From positions 1,920,001-1,952,000 of the forward strand of contig NZ_CP066018.1 of assembly GCF_016127575.1 (NCBI RefSeq): a DNA stretch of 32,000 nt, given 5' to 3'. The position numbers and the translations under genes were made by a program. Of the stretch, positions 1 to 6,934 are shown piece by piece. The DNA is from Cupriavidus necator. GTDB taxonomy: Bacteria; Pseudomonadota; Gammaproteobacteria; Burkholderiales; Burkholderiaceae. The first letter of the stretch is position 1. The number at the start of each line of letters is the position of its first letter. Under the pieces are notes generated by a model that had not been told where the DNA came from, did no database searches, and saw only the letters and a program-made list of their open reading frames with translations.

Positions 1-687
1 GGGCAGCCGCGCAGCGCCGGCCAGCATGAACAGCGGATGCGCGCCGATCACCATGGCCACCGGCAGCGGCCGGCCCAGTTCGGTGGCGCGCTGCTGCATG
101 CGCCACAGGTGCCCGCGCGAATGCAGGCTGGTGGCGATCTCGGTCGGCGAGTGCAGCATCGAGCGGTGGTAGCTGGCGTTGCCGATGCCGGTGTCGGGGT
201 CTTCCGCGATCAGGATCGCGTTGGTGATGTATGGGCCGCGGTCGGTGGCGAAGTGCTTGATCGCCGGGATCGTGCGCAGGTCGATGTGTTCAGTCTCGAC
301 ATGGCCGGTGACGGCGCCGCTGTCCAGCACGCGCGGCGCCACCATGCGGCGGCTGCGGGTCTGGTATTCGCCATGGATGCCGGCGGGCGCCACGCCGCCC
401 AGCATGCGCCCCACGCGCTCGCGCGAGGCGAAGAGGTTGGTCGCCAGCGACGTGCCCAGCCCTTCGACATGGTCGAACAGCAAGGCCGGATGGCGGCCCT
501 GCGCGGCCAGCGCCCACACCAGTGCGGTCGGGTCCTGGTCCGCGCCGACCGGCTCGCGGATATGCAGCACGTCTTCGGGAAAGGCCTCGCGGTAGGCGGC
601 CAGGAACTGGTGGAAGTCCTGCGAGGTGTCGTGAAAGGGCTTGCGCGCCGATGCCGCTGAGGCGAAGGGCGCTGAGGGTGAGTTCAT
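1..687 (-). CDS. UbiD-family (prFMN-dependent) decarboxylase, N-terminal 229 codons; the gene continues past the left edge
   Basis: Absent from the ORF track because it is truncated. Checked by hand: + frame 1 of 1-687 has no TTA/CTA/TCA triplets. ATG (cat) at 685-687, with AGGAG about 8 nt upstream. The translation MNSPSAPF...DFHQFLAAYREAFPEDVLHIREPV...GPYITNAILIAEDPDTGIGNASYHRSMLHS...HSRGHLWRMQ fits the conserved UbiD N-terminal region. Confidence 0.8.
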   Translation of the reverse strand, partial: MNSPSAPFASAASARKPFHDTSQDFHQFLAAYREAFPEDVLHIREPVGADQDPTALVWALAAQGRHPALLFDHVEGLGTSLATNLFASRERVGRMLGGVAPAGIHGEYQTRSRRMVAPRVLDSGAVTGHVETEHIDLRTIPAIKHFATDRGPYITNAILIAEDPDTGIGNASYHRSMLHSPTEIATSLHSRGHLWRMQQRATELGRPLPVAMVIGAHPLFMLAGAARLP

Positions 688-732
688 GGATCGGCTCCTG
701 TGGTCAGGGTTGGCCAGGGCGAAGGCTGCCCC

Positions 733-758
733 GGCGGCCGGGAGTGCTCCCGGCCGCC
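733..758 (-). other. Perfect GC-rich inverted repeat (12-bp arms) in the 109-nt spacer between amidohydrolase A and the UbiD-family gene
   Basis: GGCGGCCGGGAG-tg-CTCCCGGCCGCC read directly. No U-tract follows on the transcribed strand, so it is an intercistronic hairpin rather than a classical intrinsic terminator. Confidence 0.5.
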
Positions 759-796
759 GTGCCGTGCCTGCCTGCCGAACAGCTAGCGACTACATG

Positions 797-1711
797 TCAG
801 CGCGTGCTGGCGTACGTATCCTTCAGCCGCGCCAATGCCTCTTGCTGCGTCCTGGGCGGCGCCGTGGTCTCGATGCCGACCAGCCGGGCGATGTTGTTGC
901 CCATGTAGTCCTCCAGCCCGTCCTCGTCCAGGTCCATGCCCTGCGGCGCGGGACCGCACAGCATCTCCAGCTCGCGCAGCCACATGCCGGGCTCGTTGGG
1001 CGGGGTGTCGGTGCCGAACACGATCTTGTCGCGCGGCAGCTGGCGCGCGAACTCGACGATGCGCGACTGGAAGCACCAGCCCGATTCGCAATACACGTTG
1101 GGCGTGTCCATTGCCATCCAGAAGGCCTCGAACGAGTAGTTGCCGCCGGTCTGGATGCCGAAGTGGCCGATGATGAAATTGACCATCGGGAATTCGCGGA
1201 TGATCGGGTAGAACATCGTCGGGATGGTGTACGGGCCGTCGCCGGTGTGGATCAGCACCACCACGTTGTACTTGGCGCAGACCTTCATCGCCGGGCGCAG
1301 CCAGTCCAGCGCGCGGTCGGGGCGGTAGCCGTGCATGTTGGCATGCAGCTTGAGCATCTTGAAGCCGTATTCCTTGACGTGGAATTCCAGCTCCTGCGCG
1401 CCTTCTTCCGGGCCCCAGCGCGGGTTGAAGGTGAAGTTGCCGATAAAGCGGTCGGGGTACTTCTGGCAGAGCTCCGCGATGTAGGCCATGTAGTCGCGGA
1501 TGCCTTCGCGCCCGCGGCGGTTGCCGTCGCGGTAGCCGGTGTTGCCCGGCGGCGGCTGGATAAAGCCCATGTCGATGCGGCGCGGCTTGCCGTTGATCAT
1601 GTAGGGGCCGTCCATCATCTTGAGCATGCGCTCGCCGTTGAAGGGCTCGCCGGTGTGGCGCCAGGCCTCGTCGACGAGATTGGTCGGGTGCAGATGGGTA
1701 TCGATAATCAT
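797..1711 (-). CDS. Amidohydrolase-2 (PF04909-like) TIM-barrel metal-dependent hydrolase/decarboxylase, paralogue A, with an intact metal site
   Basis: 304-aa ORF with host-like GC3 codon usage. N-terminal MIIDTHLHP (HxH metal ligands), internal LIHTGD and HFG, and C-terminal FGTDTPP (Asp ligand) are typical of the ACMSD/LigW/LigI superfamily. Confidence 0.85.
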   Translation of the reverse strand: MIIDTHLHPTNLVDEAWRHTGEPFNGERMLKMMDGPYMINGKPRRIDMGFIQPPPGNTGYRDGNRRGREGIRDYMAYIAELCQKYPDRFIGNFTFNPRWGPEEGAQELEFHVKEYGFKMLKLHANMHGYRPDRALDWLRPAMKVCAKYNVVVLIHTGDGPYTIPTMFYPIIREFPMVNFIIGHFGIQTGGNYSFEAFWMAMDTPNVYCESGWCFQSRIVEFARQLPRDKIVFGTDTPPNEPGMWLRELEMLCGPAPQGMDLDEDGLEDYMGNNIARLVGIETTAPPRTQQEALARLKDTYASTR

Positions 1712-1756
1712 GTTGTGTGCTCCGGAGTCCGTTGTCGGTGGCGCGGGCCTGTGCGC

Positions 1757-2659
1757 TTACGCGGCCAGGCGTGCTTTCGCTTCTTCGAGCGTGCGCGGGA
1801 CCGGCGTCGGTTCCAGGCCGATCATCCGGGCGACGTTGTTGCCGAGGTAGTCTTCCAGCGTGTCTTCATCCAGGTTCAGGCCCTGCGGCGGCTCGAAGCA
1901 CAGCACTTCCAGCAGGCGCAGCCACATGCCGGGCTCGTTGGGCGGGGTGTCGGAGCCGAACAGGATCTTGTGCTTGGGCAGCACCTTGGCGAACTCGACG
2001 ATGCGCGACTGCAGGCACCAGCCCGATTCGCAGTACACGTTGGGCATGTCCATGGCCATCTGGAACGGCTCGAAGCAATACACGCCGCCGGTCTGCACGC
2101 CGAAGTGGGCCATGATGAAGTTCACCGTCGGGAACTCCTTCATCATCGGCACCCATTCGGTCGGGATGCTGTAGGGGCCGTCGCCGGTATGCAGCTTGAC
2201 CAGCACGCCCAGCTCGGCGCACTTCTGCAGTGCCGGGCGCAGCCAGTCGAGGGCGCGGTCCGGGCGGTAGGCATGCATGTTGGCCTGGAACTGGACCATC
2301 TTGAAGCCCAGCTTCCTCACGTAGTGCTCCATGGCGTTGACGCCGTTCTCGACGCCGCAGCGCGGGTTGTAGACGAAGCAGCCGATAAAGCGTTCCGGAT
2401 ACTTCTTCACCATCTCCGCGGTGTAGGCCATGTACGCGTCGATGGACTCGCTGCCTGACTTCACGCCGTCGGTGTAGGTGTAGATGGTGTTGCCCTGCGG
2501 GGGCTGGATAAAGGCTTTGTCGATGCGGCGCGGCTTGCCGTTGATGGTGAACGGGCCGTCCATCATCTGGATCAGGCGCTCGCCGGTGAACGGGTCGCCG
2601 TCGTGGCGCCAGGCCAGGTCCACCAGGTTGGTCGGATAACAGCTGGTGTCGATGATCAT
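1757..2659 (-). CDS. Amidohydrolase-2 paralogue B with a degenerate HxH motif (IDTSCYP)
   Basis: The track ORF is 1757..2692. I prefer the internal ATG at 2659 (MIIDTSCYP), which has AGGGGA 6 nt upstream and aligns residue for residue with the start of paralogue A. HTGD, HFG and FGSDTPP are retained, but His-x-His is replaced by Ser-x-Tyr. Confidence 0.8.
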   Translation of the reverse strand: MIIDTSCYPTNLVDLAWRHDGDPFTGERLIQMMDGPFTINGKPRRIDKAFIQPPQGNTIYTYTDGVKSGSESIDAYMAYTAEMVKKYPERFIGCFVYNPRCGVENGVNAMEHYVRKLGFKMVQFQANMHAYRPDRALDWLRPALQKCAELGVLVKLHTGDGPYSIPTEWVPMMKEFPTVNFIMAHFGVQTGGVYCFEPFQMAMDMPNVYCESGWCLQSRIVEFAKVLPKHKILFGSDTPPNEPGMWLRLLEVLCFEPPQGLNLDEDTLEDYLGNNVARMIGLEPTPVPRTLEEAKARLAA

Positions 2660-2952
2660 GGGAGATCCCCTAACAATGACTAGGTTGGACACGCATGCGG
2701 CGGGCGTGCGCGAACAACGCCGCGGGGCCGGCCTTGCATGCTGCTATCGGGAGTCTTTGTCAGGGGAGCTGTTGGACCACTGCGCCACCGACGAAACCCT
2801 CCGTCAGTGAGCAATCTCCAGTTGAACCTCGCGGCATTGCGCCGCTGCTGTCCAATCGACCGCTTCTACCCACGCGCTCTTTATACCTAGCGCGCAAGCG
2901 TTGCGTCAAGCGCATCATGTGTTGCGCCGCACGAACAGCGGGCGCACGTGCA

Positions 2953-2981
2953 TTCCAACCATGGTACGAATCCGCTACATT
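2953..2981 (+). promoter_or_regulatory. Candidate sigma70-like promoter for the GH114 gene (TTCCAA-N17-TACATT)
   Basis: Hexamers read directly, about 95 nt upstream of ATG 3076, inside a 416-nt intergenic region. Pattern match only. Confidence 0.25.
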
Positions 2982-3075
2982 GCATAAACCGTGGTGGCAG
3001 GCCCGCCGGCGCGGGGCAGGGAGAACTCGGGCCGATTGCTTTGAACGGGGTTTATCACGGGGAAGGGTGAAAAAC

Positions 3076-3975
3076 ATGCACGGCAACTATGCGGTGATGG
3101 CGGGGGCCATGCTGTCTGTTGCGCTGTCGATGGCGCTGGGCGGCTGCGGCGGGGATGGGGGCCAGACGGAGATGGTGTCGCCGACTGCGACGACCACGGC
3201 GGCCACGACAACAAAATACGGGGTCACGGAAACCACCACCAGCGCCACCACGCGCTGGGCACCGGCGCTGACCGATACCTGGCAGATCCAGCTGACCGGC
3301 AAGCTCAACACCAGCTATGCGGTGACTGCCTATGACTTCGACCTGTTCGATACGCCGCAGGCCACTATCGCTGCGCTCAAGGCCCAGGGCCGGCGCGTGA
3401 TCTGCTATTTCTCCGCGGGCAGCTCCGAGGACTGGCGCCCCGACTACAACCAGTTTGCCGCCGCGGACATGGGCGCGCCGCTGTCGGGCTGGGCGGGCGA
3501 GCGCTGGCTCGATACGCGCTCGGCCAACGTGCGCCGCATCATGCAGGCGCGCATGGACCTGGCGGTCAGCAAGGGCTGCGACGCGGTCGATCCGGACAAC
3601 GTCGATGGCTATACCAACAGCACCGGCCTGCCGCTGACGGCCGAGACCCAGCTCGACTACAACCGCTTCCTGGCGGCCGAGGCGCATGCGCGCGGGCTGG
3701 CGGTGGGGCTGAAGAACGATGTGGAGCAGGTGGCGGACCTGGCGGCGAGCTTCGATTTCGCCATCAACGAGCAGTGCTTCCAGTACCGGGAGTGCGGCGC
3801 CTATACGGCGTTCACGGGGCAGGGCAAGCCGGTGTTCCAGATCGAGTACGCCACCAAGTACAAGGACGCGGCCACGCGCGCCGGGCTGTGCGCCAAGGCG
3901 CAGGCCGCCAACCTGCGCACGCTGGTGTTGCCCAAGACCCTGAACGGCTCGTTCCGCTACGCCTGCGACGCCTGA
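3076..3975 (+). CDS. GH114-family glycoside hydrolase (endo-alpha-1,4-polygalactosaminidase-like) lipoprotein
   Basis: The track ORF 2695..3975 has an implausible 127-aa leader. ATG 3076 is preceded by GGAAGGG and gives a signal peptide with lipobox LGGC followed by a Thr-rich linker. Motifs VICYFSAGSSEDWRPD, ERWLDTRS, GCDAVDPDNVDGY and GLAVGLKND match the GH114 (PF03537) pattern seen in PelA/Ega3-type enzymes. Confidence 0.8.
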   Translation: MHGNYAVMAGAMLSVALSMALGGCGGDGGQTEMVSPTATTTAATTTKYGVTETTTSATTRWAPALTDTWQIQLTGKLNTSYAVTAYDFDLFDTPQATIAALKAQGRRVICYFSAGSSEDWRPDYNQFAAADMGAPLSGWAGERWLDTRSANVRRIMQARMDLAVSKGCDAVDPDNVDGYTNSTGLPLTAETQLDYNRFLAAEAHARGLAVGLKNDVEQVADLAASFDFAINEQCFQYRECGAYTAFTGQGKPVFQIEYATKYKDAATRAGLCAKAQAANLRTLVLPKTLNGSFRYACDA

Positions 3976-4481
3976 GTGCCTGCGCCGGCGGGGGCGGCGC
4001 GTTCCAGCTCCCGCCAGGCCAGGTAGAGCCGGGTATCGAATTCCAGCTGGTGGTAGCGCGGCTCCATGTGTTCACAGAGCCGGTAGAAGGCCTTGTCGTG
4101 ATCGCTCTCCTTCAGGTGGGCGAGCTCGTGCACGACGATCATGCGCAGGAATTCCGGCGGCGCTTCCTTGAACAGCGACGCCACGCGGATTTCCTTCTTG
4201 GCCTTGAGCTTGCTGCCCTGCACGCGCGAGATCGCGGTGTGCAGGCCCAGCGCACGCTGGGCCGAATCGAGGCGCGCATCGAAGCCGACCTTGTGCAGCG
4301 GCGGCGCGCTGCGCAGATATTCCTGCTTGATGTCCGTGGTGTACTCGTACAGCGCGCGGTCGGTCTGCACGGTATGGCGCCCGGGGTAACGGCGGGCGAT
4401 ATGGTCCCCGAGCCGGCCGGCGGCGATCAGCTCGCGCACCTGCTCCAGCACGCCGGGCGGGTAGCCGCCCAGGAAGCGCAT
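3957..4481 (-). CDS. YgjP/DUF45-like HExxH metal-dependent hydrolase (M48-like)
   Basis: C-terminal [27 protein letters not shown] is the DUF45/YgjP signature. The track start 4517 is a GTG. The ATG 12 codons downstream (4481 by frame arithmetic, MRFLGGYPP) has AAGGA upstream. The 3' end overlaps the convergent GH114 gene by 19 nt. Confidence 0.75.
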   Translation of the reverse strand: MRFLGGYPPGVLEQVRELIAAGRLGDHIARRYPGRHTVQTDRALYEYTTDIKQEYLRSAPPLHKVGFDARLDSAQRALGLHTAISRVQGSKLKAKKEIRVASLFKEAPPEFLRMIVVHELAHLKESDHDKAFYRLCEHMEPRYHQLEFDTRLYLAWRELERAAPAGAGTQASQA

Positions 4482-4530
4482 CGGGTCCTTGCCGGCGGGG
4501 CGCCAGGTTTCCCTCACGGCAGTGGCCTGC

Positions 4531-4752
4531 TCAGTGGTGGTGATGGTGGTGCATCCAGCTGTTGTCCAGCGAGTTGACGAAGGACTCGACCGCGTCCTTG
4601 TCGCCGGTGGCGTGACGCATCATCTCGCCGCACTTGCAGAAGCCCTGGTACGGGGTGATGTGCGAGCAGGCCGACGTCTTCTGCAGGTACAGCGTGACGG
4701 GTTTGGTGCACTTCTTGCACTTGAACTTCAGGGTCAGGGCGGGTTTGCTCAT
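4531..4752 (-). CDS. 73-aa Cys-rich (putative zinc-ribbon) protein with a native C-terminal His6 tract
   Basis: Host-like GC3 codon usage. CKKC...C...CKC arrangement. Ends WMHHHHHH* (CAC CAC CAT CAC CAC CAC TGA). No strong SD upstream. Lies directly upstream of, and co-oriented with, the YgjP-like gene. Confidence 0.65.
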   Translation of the reverse strand: MSKPALTLKFKCKKCTKPVTLYLQKTSACSHITPYQGFCKCGEMMRHATGDKDAVESFVNSLDNSWMHHHHHH

Positions 4753-4890
4753 GGCGATGGCTCGGGAAATCGGCGAAAAATCGAACCTGTCATTGTACCG
4801 GCCAGGGCGGAATCGAGCAGCGCTGCCTCAGCGCGCCGCGCCTGCCTGATACACTCCCGCCATTCCCGAACAACCCTCCAACACGCACCC

Positions 4891-6558
4891 ATGGCACAGT
4901 ACGTTTTCACCATGAACCGCGTGGGCAAGATCGTCCCGCCCAAGCGTCACATCCTGAAGGACATCTCGCTGTCGTTCTTCCCCGGCGCCAAGATCGGCGT
5001 GCTGGGCCTGAACGGCTCGGGCAAGTCCACGGTGCTCAAGATCATGGCCGGCCTCGATAAGGAAATCGAGGGCGAAGCCACGCCGATGCCGAACCTGAAC
5101 ATCGGCTACCTGCCGCAGGAACCGCAACTCAATCCCGAGCAGACCGTGCGCGAATCGGTGGAAGAGGCGCTGGGCGGCGTGTTCGAGGCGCGCAAGAAGC
5201 TCGACGAGATCTACGCGGCCTATGCCGAACCGGACGCCGACTTCGATGCACTGGCCGCCGACCAGGCCAAGTACGAAGCCATCCTGGCCGCCAGCGACGG
5301 CAACAATGTCGAACTGCAGCTGGAAATCGCCGCCGACGCGCTGCGCCTGCCGCCGTGGGACGCCAGGATCGAGCATCTCTCCGGCGGTGAAAAGCGCCGC
5401 GTGGCGCTGTGCCGCCTGCTGCTGTCGCGCCCCGACATGCTGCTGCTGGACGAGCCGACCAACCACCTGGATGCGGAATCGGTGGAATGGCTGGAACAGT
5501 TCCTGACGCGCTTTCCGGGCACCGTGGTGGCCGTGACCCACGACCGCTACTTCCTCGACAACGCCGCCGAGTGGATCCTGGAACTGGACCGCGGCCAGGG
5601 CATCCCCTGGAAGGGCAACTACAGCTCGTGGCTGGACCAGAAGGAAGCGCGCCTGAAGCAGGAAGAGGCCAGCGAATCGGCCCGCCAGAAGGCGCTGCAC
5701 AAGGAGCTGGAGTGGGTGCGCCAGAACCCGAAGGGCCGCCAGGCCAAGTCCAAGGCGCGTCTGGCCCGCTTTGACGAACTGAACAGCCAGGACTACCAGA
5801 AGCGCAACGAAACCCAGGAAATCTTCATCCCGGTGGGTGAGCGCCTGGGCAACGAGGTGATCGAGTTCGACGGCGTGAGCAAGGGCTACGGCGACCGTCT
5901 GCTGATCGACAACCTCAGCTTCAAGGTGCCGCCGGGCGCCATCGTCGGCATCATCGGCCCGAACGGTGCCGGCAAGTCGACCTTCTTCCGCATGCTGACC
6001 GGCAAGGAACAGCCCGACAGCGGCGAGATCAAGATCGGGCCGACCGTGAAGATGGCCTTTGTCGACCAGAGCCGCGACGCGCTTGATGGCACCAAGACCG
6101 TGTTCGAAGAGATCTCGGGCGGCTCCGACATCCTGACGGTGGGCAGGTACGAAACGCCGTCGCGCGCCTATATCGGCCGCTTCAACTTCAAGGGCGGCGA
6201 CCAGCAGAAGCAGGTCGGCACGCTGTCGGGCGGCGAACGCGGCCGCTTGCACATGGCCAAGACGCTGATTGCGGGCGGCAACGTGCTGCTGCTGGACGAA
6301 CCGTCCAACGACCTTGACGTGGAAACGCTGCGGGCGCTGGAAGATGCGCTGCTGGAATTCGCGGGCTGCGTGATGGTGATCTCGCACGATCGCTGGTTCC
6401 TGGACCGGATTGCTACGCACATCCTGGCGTTCGAGGGGGACTCGCATGTGGAGTTCTTCCCCGGCAACTACCAGGAATATGAGGCGGACAAGAAGCGGCG
6501 GCTGGGTGAGGAAGGGGCCAAGCCCAAGCGGATTCGGTATAAGCCGATTGTGCGGTGA
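4891..6558 (+). CDS. ettA: Energy-dependent translational throttle ABC-F ATPase EttA
   Basis: The 555-aa product from the internal ATG ([47 protein letters not shown]...) is collinear with E. coli EttA. It has two Walker A/signature/Walker B sets and the same length. The track's 5' extension from 4489 is rejected. Confidence 0.95.
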   Translation: MAQYVFTMNRVGKIVPPKRHILKDISLSFFPGAKIGVLGLNGSGKSTVLKIMAGLDKEIEGEATPMPNLNIGYLPQEPQLNPEQTVRESVEEALGGVFEARKKLDEIYAAYAEPDADFDALAADQAKYEAILAASDGNNVELQLEIAADALRLPPWDARIEHLSGGEKRRVALCRLLLSRPDMLLLDEPTNHLDAESVEWLEQFLTRFPGTVVAVTHDRYFLDNAAEWILELDRGQGIPWKGNYSSWLDQKEARLKQEEASESARQKALHKELEWVRQNPKGRQAKSKARLARFDELNSQDYQKRNETQEIFIPVGERLGNEVIEFDGVSKGYGDRLLIDNLSFKVPPGAIVGIIGPNGAGKSTFFRMLTGKEQPDSGEIKIGPTVKMAFVDQSRDALDGTKTVFEEISGGSDILTVGRYETPSRAYIGRFNFKGGDQQKQVGTLSGGERGRLHMAKTLIAGGNVLLLDEPSNDLDVETLRALEDALLEFAGCVMVISHDRWFLDRIATHILAFEGDSHVEFFPGNYQEYEADKKRRLGEEGAKPKRIRYKPIVR

Positions 6559-6585
6559 GCGTTGTGGAGGGGAGTTAATTCGTCG

Positions 6586-6603
6586 TTCGCGCTTTCGCGC
6601 GAA
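6586..6603 (+). terminator. Short hairpin after the ettA stop (TTCGCGC-tttc-GCGCGAA)
   Basis: 7-bp inverted repeat read directly, about 27 nt after the stop. No T-tract, so terminator function is uncertain. Confidence 0.25.
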
Positions 6604-6626
6604 TGGCGAATGGCGAATGGCGAATG
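6599..6626. repeat. Perfect 4x tandem heptanucleotide repeat (GCGAATG)4
   Basis: Read directly: gcgaatg gcgaatg gcgaatg gcgaatg. Anchored by the track ATG at 6603. Confidence 0.9.
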
Positions 6627-6665
6627 ACGCAGTGTTGTCGCAAGTCCTGCAGGACGGGAGGAGTG

Positions 6666-6800
6666 ATGATGAAATCTGGCAGGTCTCCAGTTTCCCTATA
6701 TCTGACGAAATCCGAAATCGCCGAGCTAAGGCGGAACAAGAAACGCATCTCAGACTTGGCTCGAAAGGCATTCAGCTCGATGAACCTGAAGGGCAAATAG
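6666..6800 (+). CDS. Possible 44-aa ribbon-helix-helix-like mini-protein (orphan Arc/CopG-like)
   Basis: Strong SD GGGAGGAG at 6656-6663, then ATG ATG. MMKSGRSPVSLYLTKSEIAELRRNKKRISDLARKAFSSMNLKGK has a strand/helix/turn/helix layout like RHH repressors. Its codon usage is atypical for this genome (tct, agg, cta, tat, ttg, gca). No similarity search was possible. Confidence 0.35.
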   Translation: MMKSGRSPVSLYLTKSEIAELRRNKKRISDLARKAFSSMNLKGK

Positions 6801-6857
6801 AGCCCCTTGGGCCCGAGCGGCGCCAGCGGTGAGCAGACAGCGCTCGTGCCATAAGCA

Positions 6858-6886
6858 AAAGCCCCGACTCAAATGAGCGGGGCTTT
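6858..6886. terminator. Bidirectional terminator-like hairpin between convergent genes
   Basis: AAAGCCCCG-(11 nt)-CGGGGCTTT, with A-run and T-run flanks on either side. Lies between the + strand units and the stop of the minus-strand metallophosphoesterase gene (6935). Confidence 0.6.
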
Positions 6887-6934
6887 CTGCTGAGTAATCC
6901 CTGCGACCATTCTTCGGCCTTCTACGGCATTCTC

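Larger units (their letters stand above)
797..2659. repeat. Tandem gene duplication (two amidohydrolase-2 genes, offset 942 nt)
   Basis: The proteins are alignable end to end, roughly 55-60% identical by eye. Identical nucleotide tracts include 974-1011 = 1916-1953 (38 nt). Confidence 0.85.

Noticed and set aside
641-2458. 605-aa + strand ORF spanning both amidohydrolase genes
   Set aside because: It is antisense to two well-supported genes. Its Arg/Ala/Gly/His-rich composition and lack of recognisable motifs fit the long stop-free antisense frames expected in high-GC3 genomes.
2695-3075. 5' extensions of track ORFs (for example 2695, 4489, 12022, 19763, 21609, 24996, 25925, 27696, and minus-strand 25204, 18642, 20214, 8221, 29218, 30215)
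   Set aside because: The extensions run through intergenic DNA or neighbouring genes, encode Arg/Pro/Ala-rich junk, and lack RBSs. Internal starts give canonical N-termini, signal peptides or ATGA couplings.
4531-4560. The His6 tract as a cloning or expression-vector artefact
   Set aside because: There are no vector, linker, protease-site or T7-type sequences nearby. The tract uses mixed CAC/CAT codons in a native-looking gene with host codon bias and normal chromosomal neighbours. A natural His-rich tail is the simpler reading.
6599-6626. Heptamer repeat as a CRISPR array, or as part of a real 65-aa protein (ORF 6603..6800)
   Set aside because: The units are contiguous with no spacers, so it is not a CRISPR array. 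The N-terminal 'MANGEWRM' part has no RBS, whereas a consensus SD precedes the internal ATG at 6666.
4828-6771. 647-aa minus-strand ORF opposite ettA
   Set aside because: It is a mirror frame of a near-certain gene (EttA is collinear with the E. coli protein). Its Arg/Ala/Leu-rich composition is an artefact and it has no RBS.
6575-6796. 73-aa minus-strand ORF in the islet
   Set aside because: It has no RBS, it is antisense to the better-supported SD-preceded mini-ORF, and it would run into the ettA terminator region.
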